64,000 nucleotides of DNA from Squalus acanthias (lineage: Eukaryota), in assembly GCA_030390025.1 (NCBI GenBank), contig CM059439.1, positions 82,460,001 to 82,524,000 on the forward strand, written 5' to 3'. The notes under the pieces were generated by a model. The model ran no database searches, had not been told where the DNA came from, and saw only the letters and a program-made list of their open reading frames with translations. Below, piece by piece: positions 51,980 through 64,000 of the stretch. The translations under genes were made by a program, and so were the position numbers. The first letter of the stretch is position 1. Every line of letters begins with the position of its first letter.

Positions 51980-52133
51980 CTCAAAGCAGAAGTCCTGCCC
52001 CAGGATGCTACTGTGCAAAGGTTTAACGAAGACATCCTGCTCCATGCTTAATTCCAAAGCCTCAACCGCACTGCCAGGACTCAGCAGAGATTCATGGGAA
52101 CGAGATTCTTTCAATTTTGGTAAAGCACGAGAC
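51980..52133 (-). CDS. RASAL2: RASAL2 coding exon, PH domain region ([17 protein letters not shown]...QDFCFE)
   Basis: Acceptor tttgcag|G, donor GAG|gtactg; 154 nt, phase 2 to 0. Confidence 0.95.
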
Positions 52134-55100
52134 CTGCAAACAACAACAAAAAATAAATTATGGCAAAGTGCATCACCGAGAACATAAAAAAACACAAAGT
52201 TAAGGTACCAGAAACTTTCTGCAAAGCACAGAAGAAAATTACAATCAATATCAACAGAATTATGGATCATATTTGTGTTTGCACTGTACGTGAATGCATA
52301 CAGGGTCATTTAATGCACTGGCCCTTTGCAGTCTCTCTCTCTTTTAATGTTACCCATTTCCAAGCAAAGGTGAGGAGGAGAGCCGCACTTCAATCTTATC
52401 CTCTATAAACAACCAGAAGAGAGCTGCAAGGGTGGCAAGCGTTAAACTACCCCCAAATTTTACGTGCCCGGATAACCGTAAATACATGAATATGGAAATG
52501 GACAGGGGGTTAGGGAAAAGAAATAAAAACATACTTTTCTTCATATGGAAACTATGAAGGGTGGACCCTTGTAGGAAAATGAGTGAAGTAATCAGTCCTA
52601 TTATGCCTCTTTTCCCAGACCAATGTCCATGCATAGTTTATCAACATATCGTGGGGGCATCACACACAATAGCTGCAACCTTCAGGTGTGGAAATTCAAG
52701 CGCTTAAAGCAGCCAGATTTCAACGGGAAAGAATTGAGAGCTTTTTTGTTTTCTCTTGTTTTAGTTATGACTAGAATACAGGGTGCTCACCAGCCTTGCC
52801 TACAGGGTAATAGCAGTGGGGAGTGACAGAGAACTTGCATTTCTATCGCACCTCATGACCAATGCATTACATTTGTAGTGCAGTCACCATTTTTATGTAG
52901 GCCAATCCAGCAGCCAGTCTGCGCACAGTTTAGACAAGCGTTAAGCAGCAGAGTGATAACAGGAACTTGTTAAAGAAATCATGAAGCTCACTGTCCATCA
53001 GGACAAGGACGTCAATGACACCTCTCCCTTGTCACAACCTACCACAGTTGCTCATCTGTTCAGAGAAATGCTAACTAGTTCCCCCAATAAATTACTTAAA
53101 TGCAGAGAGTTTTACAAAATAGGAACGCAAATAGCAGCCATCTTTGCTCCTGTCCAGTTTTTCTTCCTCCTCTCTGAAGGCACTATCGCAAACTTGGCAC
53201 CAGCAGCCCTCCAGTGCTTCATCCCACTGGTCATTCTGTGCATCAGGCTAGACAACGAACGATGACTAGCTGTTCAACTACAGGGCAGGGACAGGAAAAT
53301 CACAGCCAACCCAAACCCGATCTCACTCAACATTCACCCACACGTGTTTTGTAGCAAATTTTGACCAGATTGCTATCAGCGGCAAGAACCGTGGCCAAAT
53401 CTTTCATGACTCAAATCAACTAATTCAGCACAAGAACAGAGATCAAACCTGGGGCCGCTCTGATCGCGATGGCTTAGCACCACACAATCTACTAACTTAT
53501 CGGAGGAATCATTGAGCATTTTTATGAACGGACAGGCAACTTTTGTAGGCCGTCACAAAAATATCATGTGGAATAACAAACTTATTCAGTGGTTGATAAC
53601 CTCAAACAGGCAGCATAAATATAGGACAGATGAAAGCTTAACATGGTGGCACTACAGAGTTAAAATTATTGCTCGACACAACTGAACTTTTTCCCCAGTA
53701 GATGGCCATTAAAAAAAAAATCACCTTCTACATTTTATATCCCCTCCCCAACTTTACTTAACTACTCACGCCCTGCAGTCACCGTGGCTGGTTTACTGCC
53801 TACTTCTCAGGCCACTGCTGATAGAGCTCAGAGCCAGCTGCTATGAAGGACCTATGAGAGGCAAAGGCCACTCTTTCTTGGATTTTTTTCTTCCCGGTGA
53901 GTGGAGAAGTGCTTGCACCCTGCCTGGCAACTCCCCACAGCAAGAAGACTGAGATCAGGAACTCAGCAGACTGAGGGAAATCAAGCCTGCTTCCCACCAC
54001 ACTATGCCCTGCAGCTAATATATCCATTCTTCACCTCTACGGACTCCCTTAAAATAAAATAATTGAAAATAAATCAAAGGTGTTTGGCTTTGTGACAATA
54101 TTCATTCCCTGTCCAGCTCCAAAATCTGCTCCACTGACAAACAGGGGAAAAACATCAAGTCTCCAACCCCCTAACCTTCAACCAGTGCTCCAGTGGAACA
54201 GATGCTGAGAACAGATTTGCAAACACATCCAAATCTCGGACAAGTGAGGTTTCACGAGTGCCATGGGCAATTCTTCAGTTCAGCCGGGAAACCGACACCT
54301 CAGCACATATGCAAAACAGCACATGAAACAGCAGCATGTGCCCAATGTCAGATACTGCAAAGCCGTTCTACAATTCTGCTCAAGCAGCCCATCACACATT
54401 GGGGATAGACAGCAGCACTGGACACAACACCCAGTGCTCAGAAATTTCCCTCAAATACAGAGAGCATATAAAAGCCCCCTCTGTGTAACAAGTCTCTCGC
54501 TGTAATATGCTTCTCTATGGATTCCAAAAATAGAATTGGCTCCGGGCGACAGTATTGAATACTGTTGTTCTGCTTCAGTGTTATTTTTATTCTGTAAAAC
54601 CTTCACAGCATATGGCTAAGGACAGCACAACAAGTAACAAGACACAGCTCACAAAACCTTTCAGGAGGAGGGCAATCTACGCCGGGTGCGCAGCAGTGCA
54701 CATAACTCACTCCTGTCGACAATGCTCCGGGGAATTTGATGGCTTTCTCGCTCACTAGAAAACCTCCCGACTTCACTGTGCTCTGTAAAATATCCTGCAG
54801 TCCCATTCTGTAAATCTTTAAAACCACATCGCTGCGAGAACATTAACGTCCGAAAGTATATGTTTGCAATTTAAATTCTTTGAAACAGCCTGGAGCTTTT
54901 TCTCTCCACAATTCAAAGGATCTGTGCATGCAGGTGGAAAACAATTGCCCGACTCATAAATTTCTTTAAATAAAAAGAATCTGGATTCCAAATAGAAAAA
55001 GGTACATTCATAAGATAATATAGTATCTTTATTAAATATACTAAATCTATGAAAAAAAATATTCCACAGATTCTGTGCGACAAGTTGGCCAATCCAGAAG

Positions 55101-55331
55101 TGGGGGCAGAGGCAGGGGAAAAGATGAAGGGTGCATAATTGATGCACTACTTCTGGTAAAATATAAGTAAAGCAATGCGAGGTGCAGGGACACCACTTCA
55201 ATCCCTACCCCACTGAGTTCCTCATCTCAGCAGCATTGCTCCAAGTGTTGCTCTTGTGCAGTTCCCTGCAGCCTGCCAAGCAGCAATGCACCTAGACCAC
55301 CCTCTGAGCCATGTGAGGGATATCTGTGGGG

Positions 55332-55364
<33 letters not shown>

Positions 55365-55525
55365 GAAAGAGAGAAAATCAGAAAAAGGACGTGGGATAAG
55401 GAGATATAGCATCACATAATATAATCAAATTTGATATACATGTGCACAGATAAAGTATACCTAAAAATCACTTCCAAATTGTCTCAATGCCAGTAATTTG
55501 TTTTCATCATGTAGCAAATCCTTCA

Positions 55526-55527
<2 letters not shown>

Positions 55528-55568
<41 letters not shown>
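55528..55568. repeat. (GT)n microsatellite
   Basis: About 20 GT units seen directly. Confidence 0.97.
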
Positions 55569-55572
<4 letters not shown>

Positions 55573-58500
55573 CGCGTATATATGATATGCATGCGTGCAT
55601 GTTTGTGACTGAAGCAACAACTTTTGATCTTTACATGTTTCCCACAGCTAGGATGTCACAGTTGCACATGTGAACCTCCATCTCTTCACCTTGTGGGCGT
55701 GCAGAAGGACATGTTCCTGTGATCAGCTGGGTCAGAGAGTGGCGGGTAGCAGAAAAATAATGAAACAAAAGTGAAAATTAACCCATGTTGTTCTCACACA
55801 TCATCTTGTGGTGGGTTTAAAAGGCATGATGACAGCTCACCGGTCCACACACCATCGGGTAACAAGAAATGTGACCAGGATGGACACAAGTGGACACAAG
55901 AAAACAACCTATGGAATTTTTTCTTTAAAAGTTGCATTGTCCATGTCAGAACACCAATGACATTACATCCACTCAGTATTTTCAAAACTCTGAGGTTTAG
56001 CTCAGAGGCTGCTTAATCAAATTGACACGACGCTATACTTACATTAGGCAGCTACGCAGCCATTTAACAGAACATCCCCAGATCATGATGGGCGCTACAG
56101 GTTAGGGGGAAAAAGGTGATTCCACCTTTTCTCCTTCTCCCAACAGTAAGGCCAATTCTTGCCACAATCTTCAAATCACACACTGAGAGCAGGATGTTTC
56201 TCTTCAGTCTTTTTACAGATCTCCGGTATCGCACAAATTTTAAGAGTACAACAGATAGTTCTGTTCCTGAAAGCCTTTTGTCTGTCAAACTGAGCTACTT
56301 TGCTGGTTTCCACATCACAGGGTTGCACACTCTAGAAACTCCACTCCACGTACAAAAGAATAAAAAAATCACCACCTTGGAACGGCCTCCAACTTCACCA
56401 ACTGAAGTATCCCACACACATGAATGGCAAGCTTCCTCTCAACTGCATGCTGGGTATCAGGCCAACTCCAATTATTGTTCCCTCTCTCACAAGATAAACC
56501 GGGCAATTTTCTTCATTTTAGTCACAGGCCTTGAACGTATTGATTTTACTCCCAAACGAGCAGGGGCCAGTCGTCCACCATGTTCTGATCACCTGAGGGC
56601 AGGACACTTCTCTTCCCCTCGTCTCAATTATATGGCTGAACAGGCCGATTATCTTCACCTGGTATCAATCCCTTGTTCAAAAAAAAAGACAAGTCTCTTC
56701 AAATTCTACCCATCACACGGATTTAAAAAGCCAGTTTGCTCGATCTCCTTTCAACCACACAGCTAGAACAGGTCAAACCGCTCCCATTTCTTCCTGGCAC
56801 ACAATGGAATTAGAATGATTCTCTTCACTTCCAGGCACAATAGGCGGCGACTCGCTTTCTCATACTTTAATAACGTGTACAACAGAGGGGAAGCGAATTG
56901 TTGAAAAGGACGAAAATGATTCCCCAATAAAGCTAACACTTCATCACCAGCTCTTAAACAACATAAACAGGGGCCTGACGCACAATGTTTTGTCCCACCT
57001 GGGGCTGTTGTTATGGCAATGCACCTATGAGAAGATTAGTGTCTGAAGGCAGCAGGGGCCATGAGCAGCAGAGTCACTTGCATGCTGCTTCTTTACCGCA
57101 GCACTCGTTGAACAGCACACCGATCTCAGCAGCAGAAATCAATGTGACCCTCAGAAAGAACAATAGTAATTTCACCTCGAGAAGGACTGTCCATCACATG
57201 ACATCTTCAGCGTCTCCGAGCACACTCCAGCTGAGCAGTGAGCTCGAGTGCAGCAGCCCACTGCGTAAAATGCTCTCATACAGATGCTTTCATCTGGATT
57301 CCGGCCAAGTCAAACTGTAGTGACAGGGATTAAATATAGAATGATGGATGGTCAGGAGCACAATTAAAGATATTCAACTGGCCAGAACTCAGCTTGGTAA
57401 CTGTACAAAGCCAAAAACAAGGGACCTGATGCACATCTTCATAATTTATCTTTCAACCATTTGGAGGAAAAAGATTTTAAAAAGCTTTAAGCCGATTTCT
57501 CTCATTAAAATAATGGTTGGCATTACAAAAGGACGAGTCGACTGCACAGGTAAGCACAGTTTTAATTAACTGCAACAGACCAGGAAGCTGAGCGATGAAA
57601 ACTATAGGAAGATGTCAGATTGAACAAAATAGATGCTAATTAGAACATCGGATGACAGATCAGTGTGTAAATGGCTGCGTGGAGGTATCTGTTCTAAGCA
57701 GCCTAAGATAGGAATGTGGCTTTCATCGATACCTCCTTGATATTTAGAGGGCATGAATTTATTGTGTCAAGATGTGTGAGATAATGTGCCATTTATAGTC
57801 TTTCTTGGGAGAGTAAAAGGAAGCTTTTTAAAAAAAAAATATGGACAGTTTAGTACAATAAAGTAAATGAGCACATTAATGAGAATTTTTTTTTTTTTTT
57901 TTGAAGTATTGCAAATTAAAAACAAAATACATTTCATCATCTTTGGTCCTGCTGCACATTGCAAGAAAAAAAAAATTGCTCATGGCATCTTGAGCCCAGA
58001 ATTGTAAGCAAACAGGGGAGCAGGTGGGGGGTGTGGGAAGAGAAAAAACAGAGGAGCAGCTCAGAATTAAAGGAATACATCCTCTCACTTCATAGTTGAG
58101 CCTCCACATTCAGATTGACCATGATCCAAATGGAGGAGGAAAACCAACAGACACTTAAATTAAATTCTCACAGCATCATGTGAGCTAGACTGTTTCCCTC
58201 ACCCCTGAAGCATACAAAAATTAAGCTCCAAGCGTTGAAGAGCAACACTGCTTCAGTCAGTATTTCACTGAAGTGTCAGCCTTGATTTTGTGCTCAAGTC
58301 CTGGAGTCGGTCTTGAACCTAGAACCTTCTGACACACAGGCGAGTGCTACAATGACACTTAATCTAAAATTCTTCCTTATTTGTGCAAACTTATGTCCAA
58401 GTGGTAAAAAAAACATCGGAGGTGGGAGCTCCACACAACCCGATTTTTGCTGAATGTTAGAAGAACAACAGCGCTCTTCAATTTGACAATAGTGACTTGG

Positions 58501-60499
58501 TCAAAGCAAGGAATTCATTCTGCATGAGTCTCAAGAGAGCGACTTAGGTGCTCGTCAACAAAGTAAAATGCAACCAGCTTGTCTCTAGGCAGGCTTCCAA
58601 AATTGAAAACTGCTATATCATGCATGCGCAGGTCACCTTCATTAGGAACCATAACCTTTGGAGCATTACGATTCGGTCAATGTTTTAAACTCAATGGCAC
58701 AAAACCAATATTACACTAAGCCCATTGTGCGAGCCATGTCATAAAATTTCAAATAAAACTGTTGGACTATAACCTGGTGTTGTGCGACTTCTCATAAAAT
58801 GATTGCACCAGGACATCCAGCTCAAAGTGCCAGTGGAAGGTTTGGAGAAGCAAGAAATACTGGGTCTCCCGATAACAGCTGGCTCAACATTTGATATTCC
58901 ACTGACTATGTGGGATCCATGTGTTGCCAGTCGCATTGTCACAATGTAGAGGCTCCTACAGCTGGCTTACAGATTGTGTAAAGCGACAATGGCACAAGAT
59001 ACAACAGAGATAACACAAGCCCCCCAAACCAATTCACCGATTTCTTCAGTTTTAGACTTGCTTAAGGTTTTGTTGCCAAAAGAAAGAAATAATTGCCCAG
59101 ACTGATGAAAGTCAATTCAGAGAAGTCAATGCAAGTGTCAGCTTGGTTCAGCACTCTCTCCTGAAACAGAACGTTGGGGTTTCAACTCCATGTCAAAATA
59201 ATTCAATACCCAAGCCAGAATAGCTGAATGTTGCACCCTGATGGATTCCAGTCATGATCTTGAGACCAACATACAATTTACAAACATGCACAAAACTGTA
59301 AACATGCCAGTTAGGTATCTACCACTGCAGGGAGAAAGCCCTGCATGGTTATGCTGGCCTTCTTCTGAGCCAAATAGTCAAATGGAACTCTGAGGAGCAC
59401 TGCTTCATATCTGGCTCTACTTCAACAACAGCTCCCATTCGAATGGGATTGACAATGAGAAGGTTGAAGAACTAAGGTTTCCCCTTGATCAGGGTTAGGA
59501 AAATTATGCTCATGTCCTTTGCTTGGATTTTATGACTGATTCCGGATACAAGAGAAAATGGAGCAACAGCACAGAAGAACTTCCCTTGCCAGACAGCGAG
59601 GGGTTATCTGAAGCTCCTGTTGATTTCCTAACTCTTGGCAAACAATCACAATAACTTCTCATTCGGAAATATTGTCCTGAGATATAATGTCCATTTCAGT
59701 TGCTGGAGTGTCTATCTGAGTTGGGATCTAATCACTGCTGAGGGTGTCCACAGTGATATACTGACCAGAAACAGTTGTGTGTTTTTGTCAGTGCCAAATC
59801 TTAATGGTATCATGACACAGATCAGGAATGTGTGCTGCTTTGCTTACTGCTCTCACAATTGCACTGTTTGTGGAAGGAAGAGCAACCAAACTGCTTCAAG
59901 CCTAAAGGTTTCTAGCTGAACCTGCCCGTCTTAAATACACGCTGTCTGAAGATGGGCATTCAATTCCTTGTAAGGGCAGACTGGTTACATGGGTGAGAGA
60001 GAGGGGTTGTGACACCATCAGCAGCATTCTACTCAATATAGCTTTCTCGGAGAACACGATCTGGTTGGTTTCTCTGCCCGGGACAACAGACAGTATCGTA
60101 GGAGGGTGGGGCAGATCTTGGGCAAGAAGGTTTGGCTGAAAATCTCAAAGTCCTGCATCTAATACTACAAGAACTGTCAATTCAGGATAAGCATTCAATC
60201 TACTTTGTTCTGAAAAGTAGTACAGTTGTAGTGAGACAATATGGAACAGGGCATGAAGACTTTTTTTGATTTACACACAAAAGTTCCTTAGTGTACAGAG
60301 GTCCTGCTACACAAATTTCTGTGCAATGAGCTGTGCACATGATTTCCAGTGAATCAATTACCTGGATATCGGGAGATAAATTGGTGCCTCAGTCTGATAA
60401 AGGGCGCCAAAAATCAGCTAACACCCTGGAAACACAAGAGTTGCTAATCTAAGGCCAAAGAGAAGAAACGCACATTGGTAGCGGACTATGGATTTCCCC

Positions 60500-60790
60500 C
60501 AGTGGCTAGCCCATTATGGAACGGAGACATACAGACCACGAAGGGTCCAGGCTTGTTCCCTGATCTGTGCCAAATTAGCTGGTCTTAGCCAGGATGGTGA
60601 CAAGAGGACTACAATTAACCTCCGCATCCATGGCCTGGGAGAATGAAAACAAAAATCAGCCTGCTTTGATGCTTTTGATTGTTATTCAGTGATACATGGT
60701 AGAAAGTGCATGCATGGGCATCAGGCGAGGACAGGATCAGGCACAGCCGTGAGAGTCCCACACGCAGAATGCTCACTTGGGTAAAGAACC
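60500..60790 (+). repeat. Old SINE-like repeat (family of 4040-4310)
   Basis: tRNA-like head then ctgtgc..ttagctggtcttagcc, aaaatcagcc, gaggacaggatcagg. Confidence 0.55.
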
Positions 60791-61739
60791 AGAGAACTAT
60801 CAGAATTATATCCAATCAGAAGCTTCAAACAGATACACTGGCCAATGATTCAATGACTTTCAGTGGTGAGTCTCTATGACGCAAGCCCCGAGAGTTCTTT
60901 AGTACAGAGATGGCCACTTGGACTCTTTGGGCCAGCATAACCATGCAAGGCTTTCTCCCTGAAGTGGTAGATACCTAACCTGCATTTTGTGCATGTTCAG
61001 CTTTTGCGTCAATGAAATGCTAAAAGGGACGTTTACAATGGTGGGGTAGGTATTAGAAACTGTAGGCATTTAATACTACAAAGGTGCCAGCTAAAATTAG
61101 TGCAGATGGCACACTGGTGTAAATGCGCCAATCTGGGTGCCCATGGTGCAAGGAAAATGGCACCAGAACACGAGTCAAGGACCACAGCTCATTAAAAACC
61201 CGCAATTATAGTGCCATACAAATTGGATTTTATGGCAGCTTTCCTCGGCAGCTTTCCTCTCCCCTCAATTCAATCAATTTCTTTAAACACCAATTACATT
61301 GCTCCTTTGTGCAGCCCCATGTTCATACATTGAGTGGAATGGACATAGCAGACTGACTGACAGCAGGTGGTGTTTGAAGGATTAACTCAATGAAGCAATG
61401 TCTCTGATGTTTATGCAGAATCAGCCAGCCTAAGTAACGAGGTAAATAAATGTGAATTAAATTTGATTGGCCAAATGTGGTGACAAGCAAAGTTGCCACC
61501 TGTAATTACGCTTGATAGAGGGGAGGGGAATTCAGAGGAGGTATACTGAGGAACTATCTATTTATTTGGTGATGAAATTCCACAGGACTCTTATTTTGTA
61601 TTAATCTGAACACATCCAACAATAGAAGCCCTAAGCAAATTGAAATAATACTTCCTACAACAGCATTATGCTGGAGCACTGACTTGAAAAATACAAGCTG
61701 AATGCAATAAAAAAAACAGAAGTAATTTTTTCCCCCAAT

Positions 61740-62165
61740 TTTCCTCTCCTGAAGGCCACTATTCATGCAAGAGTCAGGGTAGTCAGGGAGTGTCTGTTAG
61801 TGATTTATCTAAAGGGCATCACAGTCAAGCTCAATCAACTTGTCCACAACAAATACAGTTTCTAGCATGGGTTGGTAAATGGTGATCAGGAGGAGTCCTG
61901 ACAGATTGTTCCTTTTACTAACCCAGAGGCACCCAACTGCTTATCCACATTCACAAAAACACACTTTCCAGCGTGGGTCACTGAACAGCAATCAGGAGCA
62001 GGAAGCCTGCCTGAGTTTTCCCCTTACTAGCCATGGGATCACTTGCAACAGCCAACTGCAGCCCGATGGAGACCAGCTAACTCAGCTAAGGCCAGGAATC
62101 ACACCTGGGACCCTTCTGGTGTGTACAGCTCCATGTTCCACCGTGTCTTCACCCACTGGGGCACT
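61740..62165 (-). repeat. Old SINE-like repeat (family of 4040-4310), with internal duplication
   Basis: ggcatcacagtcaagc, actttccagc..gggtcactg, agctaactcagc..ccaggaatc. Confidence 0.55.
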
Positions 62166-63237
62166 GAGAAACCAAAACTTTTACGTTAAGGTAAATTGTC
62201 CACTCAAAAAAAGGTGGCTGGCTGCCCAATGTTCATGGTATCAATTCTAAGACTCGGCATGAAAACTTGACATTTCCTCATGACGCAGCCTCAGCTCCCG
62301 GTCTCACCGCAAGTAAATCACCTACGCTCGAGTTGAAAAGTGTTTTCTACACGTAGGATTGTAGTTTTCAGATCAACAATCAAGCATGGCCTTTTCTTGC
62401 AGTTCTTTTAAAAGCATTAACACTCCCTATGGGCTCTGCAGACTGCTGCACCCCCAACAACCCCACCCACCCCAGATGTACCCTCTCCCAACCCCAGCCA
62501 TCTGATATAACGAAAATGCAAGACAGCTTCCTACCTGCACAGAACTTCAAATAGTAGGAAATGAGATAAAGTCATTCAGCCCATTAAACCCACTCTCTCC
62601 ATAGACCATGTATTTAATTCACACAGTTGGTTTCAACTCAACTTATTTGATCCCCCCAAGGGAGGCGAATTAACTGCAAGGAGAACTTTCAAGAAGATCA
62701 AACTCTTGTTAAATTTCTCCAACTTCTGATTTTTTTTGTTGAGCCTACACCCCCCACCCCGCCCTTCTTTTTCTCTTCCTCTTGCCCAGTTTCTGTCCAA
62801 TTCTCCAGAAGGGATCAGCTCCACACTAGGATCCAGTTACACTGCGAAGCTGCCTTTTGGTGCCTCATCTCAAAGGCCATTCTGATTTATGAGCCTTGAC
62901 AGTGAACAGAGGCAGGCTTTTCAACTGCAACATGCATCACAGCCGAACCCAACCCAATCTTTGTCTTAAGTCTCAACATGTATACTCCCAGCAAATAACT
63001 CTGGATATCGATCATAATCGGAAAAGCTGATTAAATTTACCAACAGAGTCACTTTTTTTTTTAAAAAGGTGAATGACAGCATCTAGCTCGCCCAGGTTAG
63101 ATGCAGAGAAAAGCTTCGTCTGCTCTGCCCCATCAACAAGCTTCAATCGCCATTTAACCAGTATGATTTTTTTTTTAAATTCCCACACCTGTCATCCAAT
63201 TGAGCTCAAGTGAGATTGCAAATTTTATGCAAGCAGG

Positions 63238-63545
63238 TAGGTAACTGTAATGGTTATGGTCCTGGATTCGCAACTCAGAGATTGTGAGTTCAAATCCCAC
63301 TATAGCAAGTTGTAAAACTGAATTAAATAAACCTGGTAATTTCTGGGCTGGCACCAGAAACTGCAGTGAAACCTGACGGATTATCATAGAAATCCAACTG
63401 GTTCACTAATCCCTTTCGGGGAAGGAAACCCGCCACCCCTACCTGGTCTGGCCTAGATGACACTCCACTCCTCAGTACATGGTTGGCAGTTAGGGCAACT
63501 AGTGAAGGAAAGTAAGTATCGGCCACATCACAAGAATTAAAAAAA
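63238..63545 (+). mobile_element. tRNA-headed SINE-like element (family of 36275-36567)
   Basis: gagttcaaatcccactatagcaagttgtaaa..gggaaggaaacc..tctggcc..actcca. Confidence 0.68.
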
Positions 63546-64000
63546 TTATTAAAGCTAATTTTGAGCCTTATAAAGATTCAGTTCACTGTGTTCCATTGTC
63601 AACTACTGAGAAGCACGCAACAAATATCATAACTGTTACTTCTTCGAAGATGAACGTGACCGCCCAAAGATATGGCCCTCATTGGCTGAAGGCTATCAGA
63701 CGGAACATGAGTAAGCTAAACACATCAAAAACTGAAGATACAGATTATAAAAATATAGATCCTTATGTGATTTCAAGCCTTTAATCACCTTTCAGAGTTG
63801 AGATAACCAAATTAACCTTGCGATGTTTGATATAGTTGTTAATGATGCTCTGAAATCCATGAGATTAATGACTTGTAGTCACTTCAAGTACCCATTTTTC
63901 TACATATGAAAGGCTTCTATCATAGACGCTGTGTGGTCCTTTGAAACTGCAAGATTTCTTTCCTAACTGCAGCGTTATCTTGGAGTCACACACTCTGAAC

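Larger units (their letters stand above)
2314..52133 (-). other. RASAL2: RASAL2 (nGAP) gene body, 13 coding exons visible; canonical 5' exons not found in window
   Basis: Joined exons give one open frame matching RASAL2 as recalled ([17 protein letters not shown]..., [18 protein letters not shown], ...SITENGEFKNSSC*). These motifs fit RASAL2 better than DAB2IP or SYNGAP1. All introns are GT-AG with compatible phases. Confidence 0.95.

Noticed and set aside
56116-56766. 216-aa + strand ORF
   Set aside because: GTG start, no recognisable domain, intron-like composition.
62633-62824. ORF 'MELIPSG...' resembling the start of the long human RASAL2 isoform
   Set aside because: The start codon is GTG, similarity ends after a few residues, and it overlaps SINE-like and low-complexity sequence.

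Overview
Vertebrate genomic DNA, not prokaryotic. The CR1, L2, RTE and Deu-domain SINE repeats suggest a cartilaginous fish (inference). The window holds 13 minus-strand coding exons of RASAL2/nGAP (SynGAP-family RasGAP: C-terminal PH half, C2, RasGAP, disordered linker, coiled coil), from 52133 to the stop at 2314. All splice sites are GT-AG with consistent phases (3205 nt of CDS), followed by a probable ~1.2 kb 3'UTR. The canonical 5' exons were not found and presumably lie beyond the window. Introns carry CR1, L2 and RTE LINE fragments, SINEs and several MITEs, often nested. I see no prokaryote-type system. The best leads concern RNA processing: a distant branch point with tandem acceptors, a candidate SynGAP-gamma-like stop micro-exon, a candidate Cys-rich alternative first exon, inverted CR1 copies around a stop-free 291-nt exon pair, a sense-strand minimal hammerhead motif and a ~1 kb foldback. 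All of these are predictions from reading the sequence by eye.
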